From Chara braunii (taxonomy: Eukaryota > Plantae > Charophyceae), in the NCBI GenBank assembly GCA_003427395.1, contig BFEA01000036.1:4813583-4877582 (forward strand): 64,000 nucleotides of DNA, in the 5' to 3' direction. A program made the position numbers and the translations under genes. Numbering within the stretch: the stretch's first letter is position 1; each line of letters starts with the position of its first letter. The notes under the pieces were generated by a model, which was not told where the DNA came from, did not search any database, and saw nothing but the letters and a program-made list of their open reading frames with translations. Shown here piece after piece: positions 13,142 through 25,052 of the stretch.

Positions 13142-14312
13142 TTCTCAAACAACGGAGAAATCCTTCCGCTTTCGCTGAACTCCTCGTAGGCCAGTTTTGC
13201 CCTGCACTTCACAAGCTCCCCGACAGCTACATCCTTTCGTGACCACTCGATCCCCTCCTCGTTACATAGCTTTCGCAACTCGGGCACCTTCTTAGCCGAC
13301 AGGTGCCTATGCATTTCAATCACAAAATCCAGCATCCTGGGGTCCGCCATGCCCACCTCTGGTTCCTTCTTAACAGGCGGAGGTGTCCGAATCTCTTCGT
13401 CATCGTCGATCCTTACCGGGTCGCCCCTGTTCCCGCGCCTCGGGATTCTCGAAATCCTTCCTTCCTCCCCAAGCATCTTGGCCTTCCCCTTCCTTCTCTC
13501 GATAGCCTCAACAAGCTTCCCTACTTCCTCTTTAACCTCCTTGCTGTCGTCCTCGGACTCATCCAAATAACTGCGTATTTCTCGAATGACTCTAGCTTTC
13601 ATTCTAGGTGATTTCTTCTTAACCCAGGAGCTCTCTGCCTTCGCATTCGACCGATTATGTTGCGCAAGCATACGAACCAGCTTAGCCTCTAATCGAGCCT
13701 CTCTCATATCTGCCTCCCTCATCCTTTCCTGTTCCCTCCTGTTTTTCTCCTCTCTCCGCCGTTTATCCTCCTTTTCCCTCCCCTTCCTCTCCTCCTCAAG
13801 TTTCCTCTTCCTAATCTTCTCCCGGAAATACTCACGCATTTCCTTTGTTTCGTCATCGACTGCTGCCGCCATTACGTTAGGATGCTGTTGAGCTGGAGGC
13901 CTTCCATTCCCCCCTGCCCAACAATTCCACGCGTAGTGGTCGGCCTTTCCGCACAGATCACACGATACAATCCCAAATTGATTTCCACCACCAACCCCAC
14001 CCCCGTATCCTTAGATCTGAGGAACCCCCCCGTTCTGCATCTGGGGAAATGCACCGTTCTGCATCTTTCTCACCGTTCGCCTCTCCTCCTCCACTGTCTC
14101 CTCCTCCTCCTCCTCCTATCTCTTACCACACACCCCACGCTGTACAGTTTCCCTAGGCACCTTTCGAGCTTGCTCACCAACTCCTCCCTCGAGCTCTCGT
14201 CCCTAAATTCTAGTACAACGAAAATCAAAGGTACTACACTATCGTAGATAATCCTCTCAAGATCTAACCATAACCTATCAAACTCCGCTTCCCTAAAATT
14301 CATGTCCGTCAT
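13138..14312 (-). pseudogene. PLE1 ORF1: charged coiled-coil protein with SAP-like C-terminus (frameshifted)
   Basis: ORFs 14070-14312 and 13138-13872. E/K/R-rich helix, then LSAKKVPELRKLCNEEGIEWSRK. Its stop overlaps the start of the ORF2 frame (GTGA). Confidence 0.75.
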
Positions 14313-14966
14313 CCCCCTCGCTTCTACCTTCGGTCATAAGTAACTCTAATGCGCACTTCGACTTCCCACACACTCTTGTCACTCTTCTTCCCAAACTGCC
14401 ACACCATCGATATACCGCATACGCTGAGCACGAGCACACATACATGACCAACCACCACTCTAAACCGTGCTATACCCTTCTTCACCATATCTTACCGCAT
14501 CACGCCGAGGGACGTACGAAATCATAAGACGAAGCTGCCGCAGTAATCGAAAACGATCACGCTTCCGTGATAGGCCGTAGCCACCGTGCGCGAAGAAGAA
14601 CACGCTCCTCACCCCTTACCGCAGTTCTCTTCATCCCGAAAACGATCACGCTTACCTGCTCGTCATAACAGCCGAGGACGATCACGCCGTGATGCTCCTC
14701 ATACCACCGAACAATCAAGATCCTCCTTGCCACATACGATGCTACCGAGGACGATCACGCTGCGGGACACACCGAACATAAGCCGTAGCCACCGTGAGAC
14801 GTCAACCATAACCGGTTACCACGTTCGATGAGAATAAAGAAAGTTCGGAGACAGAGAATGAGAGAGAAGAACTGCACCATAACCACCATCACGCACACTC
14901 CAACTCAAAAATTTATCGATTCATACACATTTGAAAACTCATGTAAACACATCACACATACGCATC

Positions 14967-15015
14967 GCCCCTACGCGTTTCACCGCTGGCGTATGCAGCG
15001 GACTCATCAGGGGGC
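14967..15015 (-). ncRNA. Minimal type I hammerhead ribozyme (5' copy of PLE1)
   Basis: GCCCC-CUGAUGA-GUCCGCUG-cauacgc-CAGCGGU-GAAA-CGCG-UA/GGGGC. Perfect 5-bp stem I, 6-bp stem II, palindromic stem III region ACGCGU. Confidence 0.85.
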
Positions 15016-15970
15016 TTCTTCCTTCCCACTGAATCGAGATATTGTGCTCCTCCTCCAGCAGTCCTTATAGTCTCAGTGCCCGTCCTAAGCCCGCCACCTA
15101 ATCCCCCACTTCTCCTAAAATCCAGTCCTACCGTCTACTATCCCCACCTAATCCTCTATTCAAGTCCTCCTTACTTCATGCACCGCCTATCCCACCTACT
15201 CCCTCTTCCCCTAATACACACGTGTGCTTTTCACCTGTTCATCTAACCGGCCAACCTCCCGCCTTCCTTACCTTTTTTTCCTTTTTTTCTTCTTTTCCAC
15301 TATCACTCCTTCTTCCTCTTCGTCTCCCACATACTCTCCTTGCCCATCTCCTCCTCGTTTCTCCCGTTGTCGTCCTCTCGTGCTTTTTCTCCCTTCCCCA
15401 TTCCCTCGTCTCATTCTCCTACCCGTCTTACGTGACAACATCGCGCTGGTTCGATTCTTCTCCCTACAACTTTCCTCCACTTTCCAACAATAGGATCCCC
15501 TCCTTCCGGGCTCTGCACGCTGCCTCGTTGCGTCGGCCAAACCCTCTATGCCTCTCAGCCTTCACGATCCTGCACGTCCTCCTCCCACCATCTTCGTCAT
15601 CCCAAAATTAACCCGGCTACCGCGCGAGCGCGACCCCTCACCTCGAGTTCCCGAGGACCCAAACTGAAGCGGACATAGCCGACGCTGCATATCTCTACAC
15701 GTATCCCAAAAAACCTCACCCGGGTACTCAACTGGATCTTTATCAAAAATTCAAAATTGGTTCCGAAAAATAAAATTAAAATAAAGGGTAAAAAAAGGTA
15801 AAAAAACTTTCCCGCCACACTAAACAAATTAAAAAACTAGAATACATTGGATCTGCAACCCATTTTTTCATACTTCCCTTCGACCCAGAAATTTCCTGAG
15901 TCGGGGGTACTCAGCAGAGAGATAAACCCTCCATTGACCACTCGACATCCTGGCCAACCTCGCCAAGGCC

Positions 15971-16060
<90 letters not shown>

Positions 16061-16769
16061 CTCTTACCTGACGGCGCGTTGGTGCTTGGTGCTGTACGGG
16101 CGATGGTCGCTGCCCAACTGGCGTCGTCTGGCGGTGCTCAATGTTCAGTGGCCACGCTGGTCAATGGTGAATGGGCGCGCTGTTGAAAGGTGAATGGGTG
16201 CGCTGCTCGATGTTCAATGGGCGCACTGCTCAATGTTCAATGGGCGCGGTGCTTGCTGTGCATGCCGCTCGGAAATAACGTCGCAAATGACAACTCCCTA
16301 CATGCACGGGTGGGTTTTGGTACGCAGTTTTTTGTTTTTTTTTTTCGGGCCTGGGTTGTTGGTGCCAGCTTTTTCCCGTTCGAGGACGTCGGGCCGTGCC
16401 GTTGGTGCCGGTCTCTTTTTCGCCGCTACCGGCCTGTTCTATTGGTGTCGGCCTCTTTCGGTGGTACCGGACCTCTTTTTCTGGTTCTGGCCTGTTACAA
16501 TGGTGTCGCCCCCTTTGTTGTCGGCATTCTTATTGCTGGTTGATTTCGTTGTGTTCAAGCCACCGAATTCATTTCGTGTGTTCACTGCGTTTGATTCGTG
16601 TGCTCAAGCCACCACGGTCGACTCTGGTCACTGCGTTTATTTTGCGTGCTCAAGACACCACGATCAACTAGTATTTCTCTTGCGGTCACTGTGTTGATTT
16701 TGTGCGTTGTGGGCCCCCCCAAGATCGCGGGAGGTCAGTTGCTCCATAATGGCTGCTACTGGTAAGATT

Positions 16770-17365
16770 CTCATGCTTGATTGGTTGCCATGCTAGAATC
16801 ACAATGCGGGTGGGGTTGGGAATCTCCGATCTCCCCCCCCAACCTTTTTTTTTTTGGGGGGGGAAAGGATCGGTTGTCACGCTTGATTAGATGCCATGCT
16901 AGAATCACAATGCGGGTGGGGGTGGGAATCGTCGATCTCCCCCCCAACCTTTTTTTTTTTTTTTGGGAAAAAGGATCGGTTGTCACGCTTGATTAGTTGC
17001 CATGCTAGAATCGCAATGAGGGTGGGGGTGGGAATCGCCGATCTCTCCCCCCCACAACCTTTTTTTTTTTTTTTTTTTTCGAAAAAAGGATCAGTTGTCA
17101 CGCTTGATTAGTTGCCATGCTATAATCGCAACGAGGGTGGGGGTGGGAATCGCCGATCTCCCTTCTCCCCCCAACCTGTTTGTTTTTTTCCGAAAAAACG
17201 ATCGGTTGCCATGTTGGATTGGTCGCCATGCTAGAATCACAATGCGGGTGTGCGTGGGAATCGCCGAACTTCCCCCCGAAACCTTTTTTCTTCTTTTTTT
17301 TTTGGAAAAAAGGATCGGATGTCATGCTTGATTAGTTGCCATGCGAGAATTGCAACGCGGGCCGG
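16770..17365 (-). repeat. Tandem array of ~110-bp units (6 copies), inverted relative to 8040-9165
   Basis: ggatcggttgtcacgcttgattagttgccatgctagaatcgcaatgcgggtgggggtgggaatcgccgatct is the reverse complement of the left-array core. Confidence 0.9.
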
Positions 17366-17404
17366 GGTGCGGGGGNNNNNNNNNNNNNNNNNNNNNNNNN
17401 NNNN

Positions 17405-17525
17405 TAATCTTGCCCCAAGAAACCTACCAACACCGACCACAGTCTGTACTAAGTCTCACTCTCATCAACCGTTCCTGAGTCTATGGGCTGTCTCTTATAC
17501 ACATCTAGATGTGTATAAGAGACAG
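17405..17525. other. Assembly artefact: Nextera mate-pair junction adapter plus a chimeric 83-bp read
   Basis: 17488-17525 = CTGTCTCTTATACACATCT+AGATGTGTATAAGAGACAG. 17405-17487 is identical to 26454-26536. It sits beside an N-gap. Confidence 0.97.
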
Positions 17526-17679
17526 GGGTGGGGGTGCGGGGCCCGGCGGGGCTGCGGGGGTCGAGGCACCGGCAGGGGTGTTTTGGGGTGGGCGGGGGTG
17601 GGGCACCCCCACGGCAGGGGTCCGGGGGTCAAACCTCTACCCGGCTTTGCCCCCGGGGGCCCCCGCGTGACAACCCTGC

Positions 17680-18235
17680 CATGCGCCACATCAGCAATGC
17701 CTGGCGCACAGAACAGAAAGCGCCATCATGCTGCCACAACCCCGCGTCGCCGTCCACAGTGCTTGCGCATAACCAGCGTCAAGCTTGCGTCTCGCCTTTG
17801 TCGTGCCAACGTCAATGCCAGCGTCTAGTCACAGTCGAGCCAGCGTCCAAGCAGTATAGCAAGACTGAATGTCGACCTCCTAGAGACCAGTCCTTTTGTA
17901 GCATTTGACGAGGCTGTTTGATCTCGGATCCCTCTCCCACAGTTTGTACAGATTCACTCTCAACAGAGGGCTTGGATTGTGTACAGTTGCAAACTTCCCC
18001 TTGAACCTAATGTTGTTTGGGTACCTGCATACAAACAAGTGTGCGTCTAACCGCCGGTCTGGCTGGGTACACTTTGACTTTGACTGTTGGGTTCTCCGAT
18101 GGTTAACTTTAGTCAACTGTATCTCGTCCAGACCGTGAATCTTTACGTAGGGTTTATATTCCACTTCGGCCTGGGTCTAAGTGCGGCACGGAGACCCTCA
18201 GACTTTCCACGAGGCATACAACATGGGCTACTGCA
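17680..18235 (-). mobile_element. Partial LTR of the same chromovirus family as 43366-44445
   Basis: Colinear with ~43930-44445 (catgcgccacatcagcaatgcctggcgcacagaacag...gaggcataca-catggg). Truncated on the left by a GC-rich element ending in caaccctg. Confidence 0.8.
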
Positions 18236-18554
18236 ATCGACTGACTTATCGGGGCAACGACTCCGAAGTCACACCTAGCATTTGGAATAAGCAACTTTGG
18301 CAGTTGTCGAAACTGAGCACAAGAAACCACTGCGGAATCTGCATTCCCGCCACTTCAAAAAAATGACCACAGTTTCAACTCCCCAATAAACTTGCTCATT
18401 CTGAAACTTTAACGATAACATTGGTGACACTTTCTTTTTTCTTGTCAATTTCAAACTAAAAGGTGACTTAGGAGCAGTTTCCCCAAAATGGAAACATGCT
18501 TCGGCAAAGAAAACAGGTGCTAGGTTTGAAAAAGCAGTGAAAGTACAACGACCA

Positions 18555-18757
18555 TTTTTTTGGTCGAAAACTCGTCAAAATTTGTTGTTCCAGGAGGTGC
18601 CTGGTCTCAAGCTAGGTTCATGTACAACCAGGGGGTCCAGCGTTTGTAAAACGTTGGGCCCTCAGAAACAACAAATTTTGACGAGTTTTGGGCCAAAAAA
18701 CTCCGTTTCAATTTCCTTCAAAAAATAAAATATGTTTATTTTGGCGAAATGGCAGTT
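18555..18757. mobile_element. Truncated MITE family A copy
   Basis: Matches the right half of 8293-8639 and ends in gaaatggcagtt. Confidence 0.8.
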
Positions 18758-18844
18758 GTACCAACGACCAGGGTATCAGGCCGGTTATCATACCTACAGG
18801 GGTCAGCCGTGGTGTCAGACAGGGGGGGGGTGGGGGGAAGCAAT

Positions 18845-18878
18845 GAATTGATTGATTGATCGATTGATTCATTGATTA

Positions 18879-18909
<31 letters not shown>

Positions 18910-18910
18910 T
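18845..18910. repeat. (GATT)n microsatellite
   Basis: Tandem gatt units. Confidence 0.9.
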
Positions 18911-20419
18911 GTATTTTTTTTTACACCCCGTATATCCAGACGCGTCCCCCGTTATGAAAAAAATCATTTTTTATCTTTTGTGATAAGCAGGTGGGGGAGA
19001 CCCCCGCGACTGCGTGGAAGACGTTTCTGAATTTTGTCATACCATTTATAAGAAAACATAAGTTTTAAGCCTTTGTAATAAAATGTGTCACCCATGCAGA
19101 TAGTGCACGCCATACTTGAAAAAAAAAAAAAAGGGGGGGGTTGCCCTCGGACGACCATTCCACTGGCCCGTCTGAATGGCAGAGTCCTTCCTAAACAGAA
19201 TCTCGCCCCGTTCAAGGAGGTAAGATTCTTTCCAATAATCCATACAAAGGATCAGTACAACAAGGTCTCGTATTGGAAACCTGGTCAGCGCACTATGCCG
19301 AGTTTTTTTAGCCTTGTGCCACCATTCACCAAATGTGGAAAATAGAGCATGTGTCTTCCGACATAACATGGATAGATGGAAGTATACACCCACCAAAGTT
19401 TTTGTCTTTTTCACATTTGGTGCGTTGCTCGGCGAGGTCATTTAGAGCATACTTACAGATGGACCTGATGATCTAAAAGTGCAAAATTCGAGACAGATTT
19501 TAGGTCACATTTGGTCCTCTTGTGACCTTTTTTTTTTTTTTTATCGGAACAAGGCTCCAATCTATTCGTGGGGAGCAGCACGTGTTGGGAACCAGGCCCA
19601 ACGTCCCATATAGAAATTTACATAGAATTGAAAGTATGAGATACCGGGGTCATTACATGACTTTGGCTATAAAAAAATTGAAGTACTCAAAAAAATAGTA
19701 CGACGAAATTCAGAAATAGGCAAAATTCAAAAAACAACTCCCCAGCAATCCTCTGAACCTCACTACGGTAAGACTTACTGCAACAGAGTCACCATCTCCG
19801 CTGCTGTTGTACCCTATTAAGTCAATGGTTTACGGGGGCCTATGGGAGATAGGAATTTGCGATTTTTTCATTTGATGTGAGGTGATTGAAGAAATTTGTG
19901 CATGAAGAAAATAATACTGTGCGTTCTTTCAACATTAAAAAAAAAAAACTGTGGTTTCTATACGACAAGGAAGAGATTGTGTTTATCATGGTGAATAGGC
20001 GATGAACTACATTGCTAATTTATGTACTACTCTGACATTGAATCTACGTCCGCTGCTGGACAAGAACATACAATGTGTCCCAAAGTCTAATGTAGATGAA
20101 GTTAGGAATGATGAAAGAGACGCCCAAGAGGCTCACGACACTCAGTTGATAAGCAATCGCAGATGAATAGGAGAGTTGTCCAAGCGTACAACTGCTATGG
20201 GAACTTTTTTATCCGCCTCTCTCGCTCCACATGTAGAAATTTGTTCTTGTAGACCTTGATCCGAGCTATCTGTTCGGTTTGTGTGTCATCTTTCTCATGC
20301 TCCTCCAACAACTTCTTGTAGACGCAGATCTGAGTTATTTATTCATGTAGACCTCGATCTGAGCTATCTGTCCGATTTTTAATTTGTAGACTCTAATAAC
20401 TCTTTGGGTCAAATTTTTA

Positions 20420-23400
20420 TTTGCGCAAGTCACTTGCTCTGTTGGTCTACTGGTTACTTTCTCCTTTCGCGGAACACTTCTATGTCGGTTGCATCAGTAG
20501 ATCATTGAATCTTAGATGGTGTGAGTATCTAGTCCACACTACACTCGCGCACAATCTTATTGTTGGGATGCGCAATTACAAGCTTTATGAATGACTTCGG
20601 AGAACTTACGTCTATCACTATGTCACACTCTCTCTCGATTTTGTTCATTCTTCTCAACGTCGGAAGAATAAACAATCATAGGATGGTTTTCTTTTTATCT
20701 CAACTCATGCCCAACTAGTCACAGAAGAAAAAAAAAAAGAACAAGAAGGTCAGACAACGAAACATAGAGAGAATAAGTAAGGTGAGAAGATAGCAGCAGT
20801 TAAGTACGCAACCCCTTGGGAATGAGGTTGTTACTGAAGAGTAAGGTATTCTCCAATAAGAGCAGAAGGTTAGCTAGTTTCACTTCATCCTTTGGTCTCA
20901 TCTCCGTCTCACTTCTGCTTATTCTCAACGAGGGTGTGAAGAATTGTATTAGTTTATTTTCCATTGTTGCGAAAAGAGAGTGCTTATGATGAGACTCACG
21001 GAAAGTAATAAAGAGAATGTTTGGGGCATCGGTTGCACTAGTACTTATGGACGTGACCAATTGAAGTATTTTCGAGGATGGTTTGAGATTGGTTATGTGG
21101 TTAACGCCGTATCTAGGGTATAATTTTGCTCTCCTTCTTAAAACTTGAAACCGCTCATTTCACGTTTGTTGAGTCACCCTAACGAAAGAAGATCTTTATG
21201 CGTTTGGCATCTCGGTAATATGATAAATGTCATTCCCTATGAATTTATTCCTTGTTTTTCGAGGAAAGTTTCCAGGCAATCTCTTCGAGTGATATTGTTC
21301 AATAATATCCGTCAAAAAATTAAATTATGTTCGCGAAGGCGCCTTATTTTCATATTGCGATTTTCAAATATGATCTATAAGTCCTTCATTTGATCATTAT
21401 GTGATTGTTTGATACGAGGATCATCTCCCTGCTTCTTTGACGGACTTGCTTGCTAGGAGAATGAAAGTTGTTTGGACGAAGAACTACAACTTAGCAAAGT
21501 TGCTACATAACTTTCATTTTTATTCTCGCTTGCCTGGAATGGATGTACTTGGGGAGGTTTGTCACTGTCATGAGAAGTTGATGCAATACTAGCACCAATG
21601 GATCACATCATTATATCTGTTTCATCTTCACCCTTGTCATATTCATAGTTTCTTTATCCCCACCATCCCTTTGCTCCTCCTCCTCCCCGTCCTTCTCCTC
21701 TTCCTTCTTCTTCTTCTTCACCTTTATCCCAATCTCTCGTATCCGATCTCAATTTTTTCATCCCTCTCTTTTTTTTTCTTTTTTTGCTTATTCTTGTTTT
21801 TTTGTTCAGTCTTCCTTGGTTCATTTTTTCTCGTCTCTCCTTTTGATTCACTCGACTTTATTCTTCTCTTATTCTCTTATCTTTGTCTGGTCTACTCAAT
21901 CTTCATTTTTTTTTTTTTATTATCCTTTCTTTCTTTCTCCCCCTCCTTTTCGCCCTGTTTGTCTCCTCCTTCAACTCTTAATCCTTCCCTTTCTCTCTCA
22001 CACTTTCCTTCTTTGGTTACCTCTGTATCCCCTAATAATGTGTCTCACTCATTTCTTTTCTCGTGTTCTTTCACCCCCATTTCACTACCTGCCCCCATGC
22101 ACTATCCCATTTTTGGCTCATCCCCCCTGCACTCCTCGCACTGTCCCTCCCTTAGAACCTTGTGCGACGTATCCTCTGCTAACTTCGCTATGTTCTCCCC
22201 TCTTCACCATCGACTTCCCCATGAACTAAGGTCTCACCAATGCAAGTATTGCCGAACTTGTCGTCTCTTCTCCCAGTAGTCAACGACCATATTGTGTTTC
22301 GTGGGCAGGATTCTCACTTTATTCCTAGTTGGCTCTGCTCCCTCCGCAATTTTAGGAATGTCTCACCCTCGTCTCGAACCTATGGTCTAGCATTTTTGCG
22401 ATCTCAGATAAAACAAAAAAACAGAATAACATATTTTATCCTACTCTGATACATTATTCAATGTCTCCATACCTTATTCTTTCTTGCTTTCCCGTTTGAA
22501 ATCTCATACTCTCAGGAAAGTCATGTTCGACCCTTTCTCATACTATCCCTTCTATTAACTCCCTCATCATACTGAACAACAGCCGCACCTTACCTTTGAC
22601 GCCTGAGCGTGCGAAGGTATGAAAATAGTTGATGGAAGGATTGAGATTGATCCCAATTTACCATAATCTGGGTGATACGTTCTTCTGTTTTCCAATATTC
22701 TATAAGTCTGGTATGCACTCATACTTCTTAGTCTATAAGTCTGGTATGCACTCGTACTTCTTAGATAACTTGGGGTTTAACAAAGGACTGTCATTCGAAG
22801 TATCTGGACTCAAGATTCAATTCTATTGGCTTTTGGAATTCCAACGGTTGGTTTCGGGAAGGGTACACTATTCCTAAGCACAAGAACACATATAAGTGGC
22901 GACCTATATGTCCCACATCATCTGCACACTCGTCGGCTAGATGCAAGAGAGTCACCTCTTGCCTTAACATCCTCATCAAGACACTTCTCACCAAACTGCA
23001 CTTCAATATTTTTAGTACCAAAAAACTGATATATGCTCTAACTACGGTCAATGGGTTCATTCTTCCAACTGAAGACTTGCTTTCTGCAAGCTATGATGTT
23101 AAAGAGATGTTTACCAGACTGTCCCACTCCTTGATCCTCGACGTAGTTTGATGGTTCACCTACTACTTCCAACTACAGGGATATGAGGGTGTTTGGGTAA
23201 GAACGAGGGGAAAAGGAAACCAAGATTTTGCTTAGAACATATTGTTTAAAAAATAAGAAATTTGTTGGGTTTGATTTAAGTAACACATACGATACGACAA
23301 TGAAGCGACTACTTAAGCCGGAGGCTTGGAACTTGAGGTACCTTTGGGAAAGCCTTATAGCCCAACGATGACACATGTGCTATGCATATTCAATGAATTA

Positions 23401-24760
23401 AATTTTCTGTGTTCTTGGGTAAGGAGTGTGTTTTTATTCATGGTGCTGGTTTAGTTGATGACGTATCAACTTTTGTTAAATTCATGAGAGGTAGTGCAAC
23501 TCATGTCGTGAACTAGGCGTGTTATTTCGACGTTTTTTTTCTAAACTTTCGATGAATTTTGCACCGAAATTTCTGGCGAAAATGACGAATATTTGGCCCC
23601 CCATTAACCATGTCTCATCACAACCAATATCTTTTAGGTAGTATACAATTTTTTAATATTTGTCCAGTGAATAATAAATTATTAAAAATTGATGGTAATT
23701 AGTTTTTTTCTTCACTGTCCAAAGTTTTTTATAACAATGTCTGCAACATAGGGCAAGCAACGAGGATACGCGAAGGATTATTTCGATAATGCATTGTCAG
23801 TGTTGTATGCAAAGTTCGTCGGCTGTTGGGATGAGTGGATAGAGTGTCTTACCAAATGGGACATGCTCGTTGAGGAAATACCTTTGAATACTAAGGGGAA
23901 ACTGAAACATAATCGCACTAGAATCAAGGCAAGGGACTTCATTAAGTGACTGATTGACAACCATAGGTGGGTGTGTTGATTAGGCAGGCTGATTCTAAGA
24001 AGATTTGGCTTAATCGTACTATTAGGCTATTGTGGTGCTGGGGCCTAGAGGAGTGGTTGGGTTATTCTTTTGGGAGTCTGCAGATGTGCAAAACTATATT
24101 GGGTGTATGTTTCGGGTAGAATTTTTGTCTGGCCCGGAAACTTTGTCGCCAATAGTCGGTTAAGTTAGTTCAAACAGGTCTCTCCAACACGGTCTATAGT
24201 TTATGAATGCATTTGGTGATGTTCCCTGCATAGTTCAAAAGGTTAGGTGGGACAACAAGAACACTATGTCACAACGAGGACTTAGCCTCCGCCGGATCTT
24301 CAGCGTACTATAATAACCAAGTCGACGTGGTGTTTTCCCTCTTGAGTTAGCCAGTGAAAGCGTGTGCTTCGCCAGTGGTCCTTCTACATCCTTCAACCCT
24401 CGAGCATCTTCCGATCCTAGTTCGTTTCGCTTCATTTGCACTCTGTCTTCTACGATTGTTTGTTCCTGCAGTACTCTTCGGTCACTTCGACTACTACCTT
24501 TAGTCCGTCCGCGATTGTACTTCTACAACATTATTCATATCATCTTTGAGTGGTGGGCAATGCGATCCCTTGCACTCGTTCTCGAGAGTTAAGTGACCCT
24601 TCCTCCTCATTTATCTCCATCAACTTCAATTCATGCTCCTGAGTGGCTTATTTTTACCCTCTCGAGTGTTTCACTTTTGACCTTAGTGATTGCCCCTGAA
24701 GATGAATGGTTATTGGCGCTGGTCGAAACATGTCAGGCGCAACCAGTACGTGTTTCTGTT
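20420..24760 (+). mobile_element. Penelope-like element 3, highly degenerate (copy a)
   Basis: LVYWLLSPFAEHFYVGCIS...RWCEY (GIY-YIG, ~20440), SYDVKEMF (~23090), LVDD (~23455), and a hammerhead remnant near the 3' end. Boundaries approximate. Confidence 0.8.
24690..24742 (+). ncRNA. Degenerate hammerhead ribozyme (PLE3)
   Basis: ttgccc-CTGAAGA-tgaatggttattggcgctggtc-GAAA-CATG-TC-aggcgcaa. Core present, stems eroded. The paralogue at ~60284-60336 is more mutated. Confidence 0.55.
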
Positions 24761-25052
24761 GTGTTGTTTAGGATATCACATGATGTGCTCGTGTCATCGA
24801 TGACCCATTCGTCTTTTGGGAAGAGATCGTTGAACTTCATGTTATTCCGTAACGTTTAATCGCTTGGGCTTCATGAATTCTGTTGCGCTCATCTTGGTTT
24901 GAAGTGCTCTGATCAATCTCATCTTCCCCTTCTCTTTCTCTTTTGTTGTAGTATCCGCCTCATTATTTATCTTTTTCCCCCTCCTTTCTTCTTCTTTTCC
25001 TTTTTCTTCTTCTCCCTTCTTCTTCTTTTCCTCTTCTCCATGATCCTCTTTG

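Larger units (their letters stand above)
9284..15980 (-). mobile_element. Penelope-like element 1 (ORF1 + GIY-YIG-RT) with ~1.15-kb pseudo-LTR direct repeats, inserted in (GA)n
   Basis: Direct repeats at 9284-10433 and 14830-15980 (6 differences in a sampled 180 bp). The upstream repeat contains the RT C-terminus, i.e. a partial tandem. (GA)n tracts on both sides. Confidence 0.92.

Noticed and set aside
9284-15980. LTR retrotransposon interpretation of the 1.15-kb direct repeats
   Set aside because: No TG...CA ends, PBS, protease or integrase. The repeat includes the RT C-terminus, as in PLE pseudo-LTRs.
17488-17525. Genuine Tn5/IS50 ends or bacterial horizontal transfer
   Set aside because: Exact synthetic mosaic-end adapter beside a gap, with a chimeric 83-bp duplicate.
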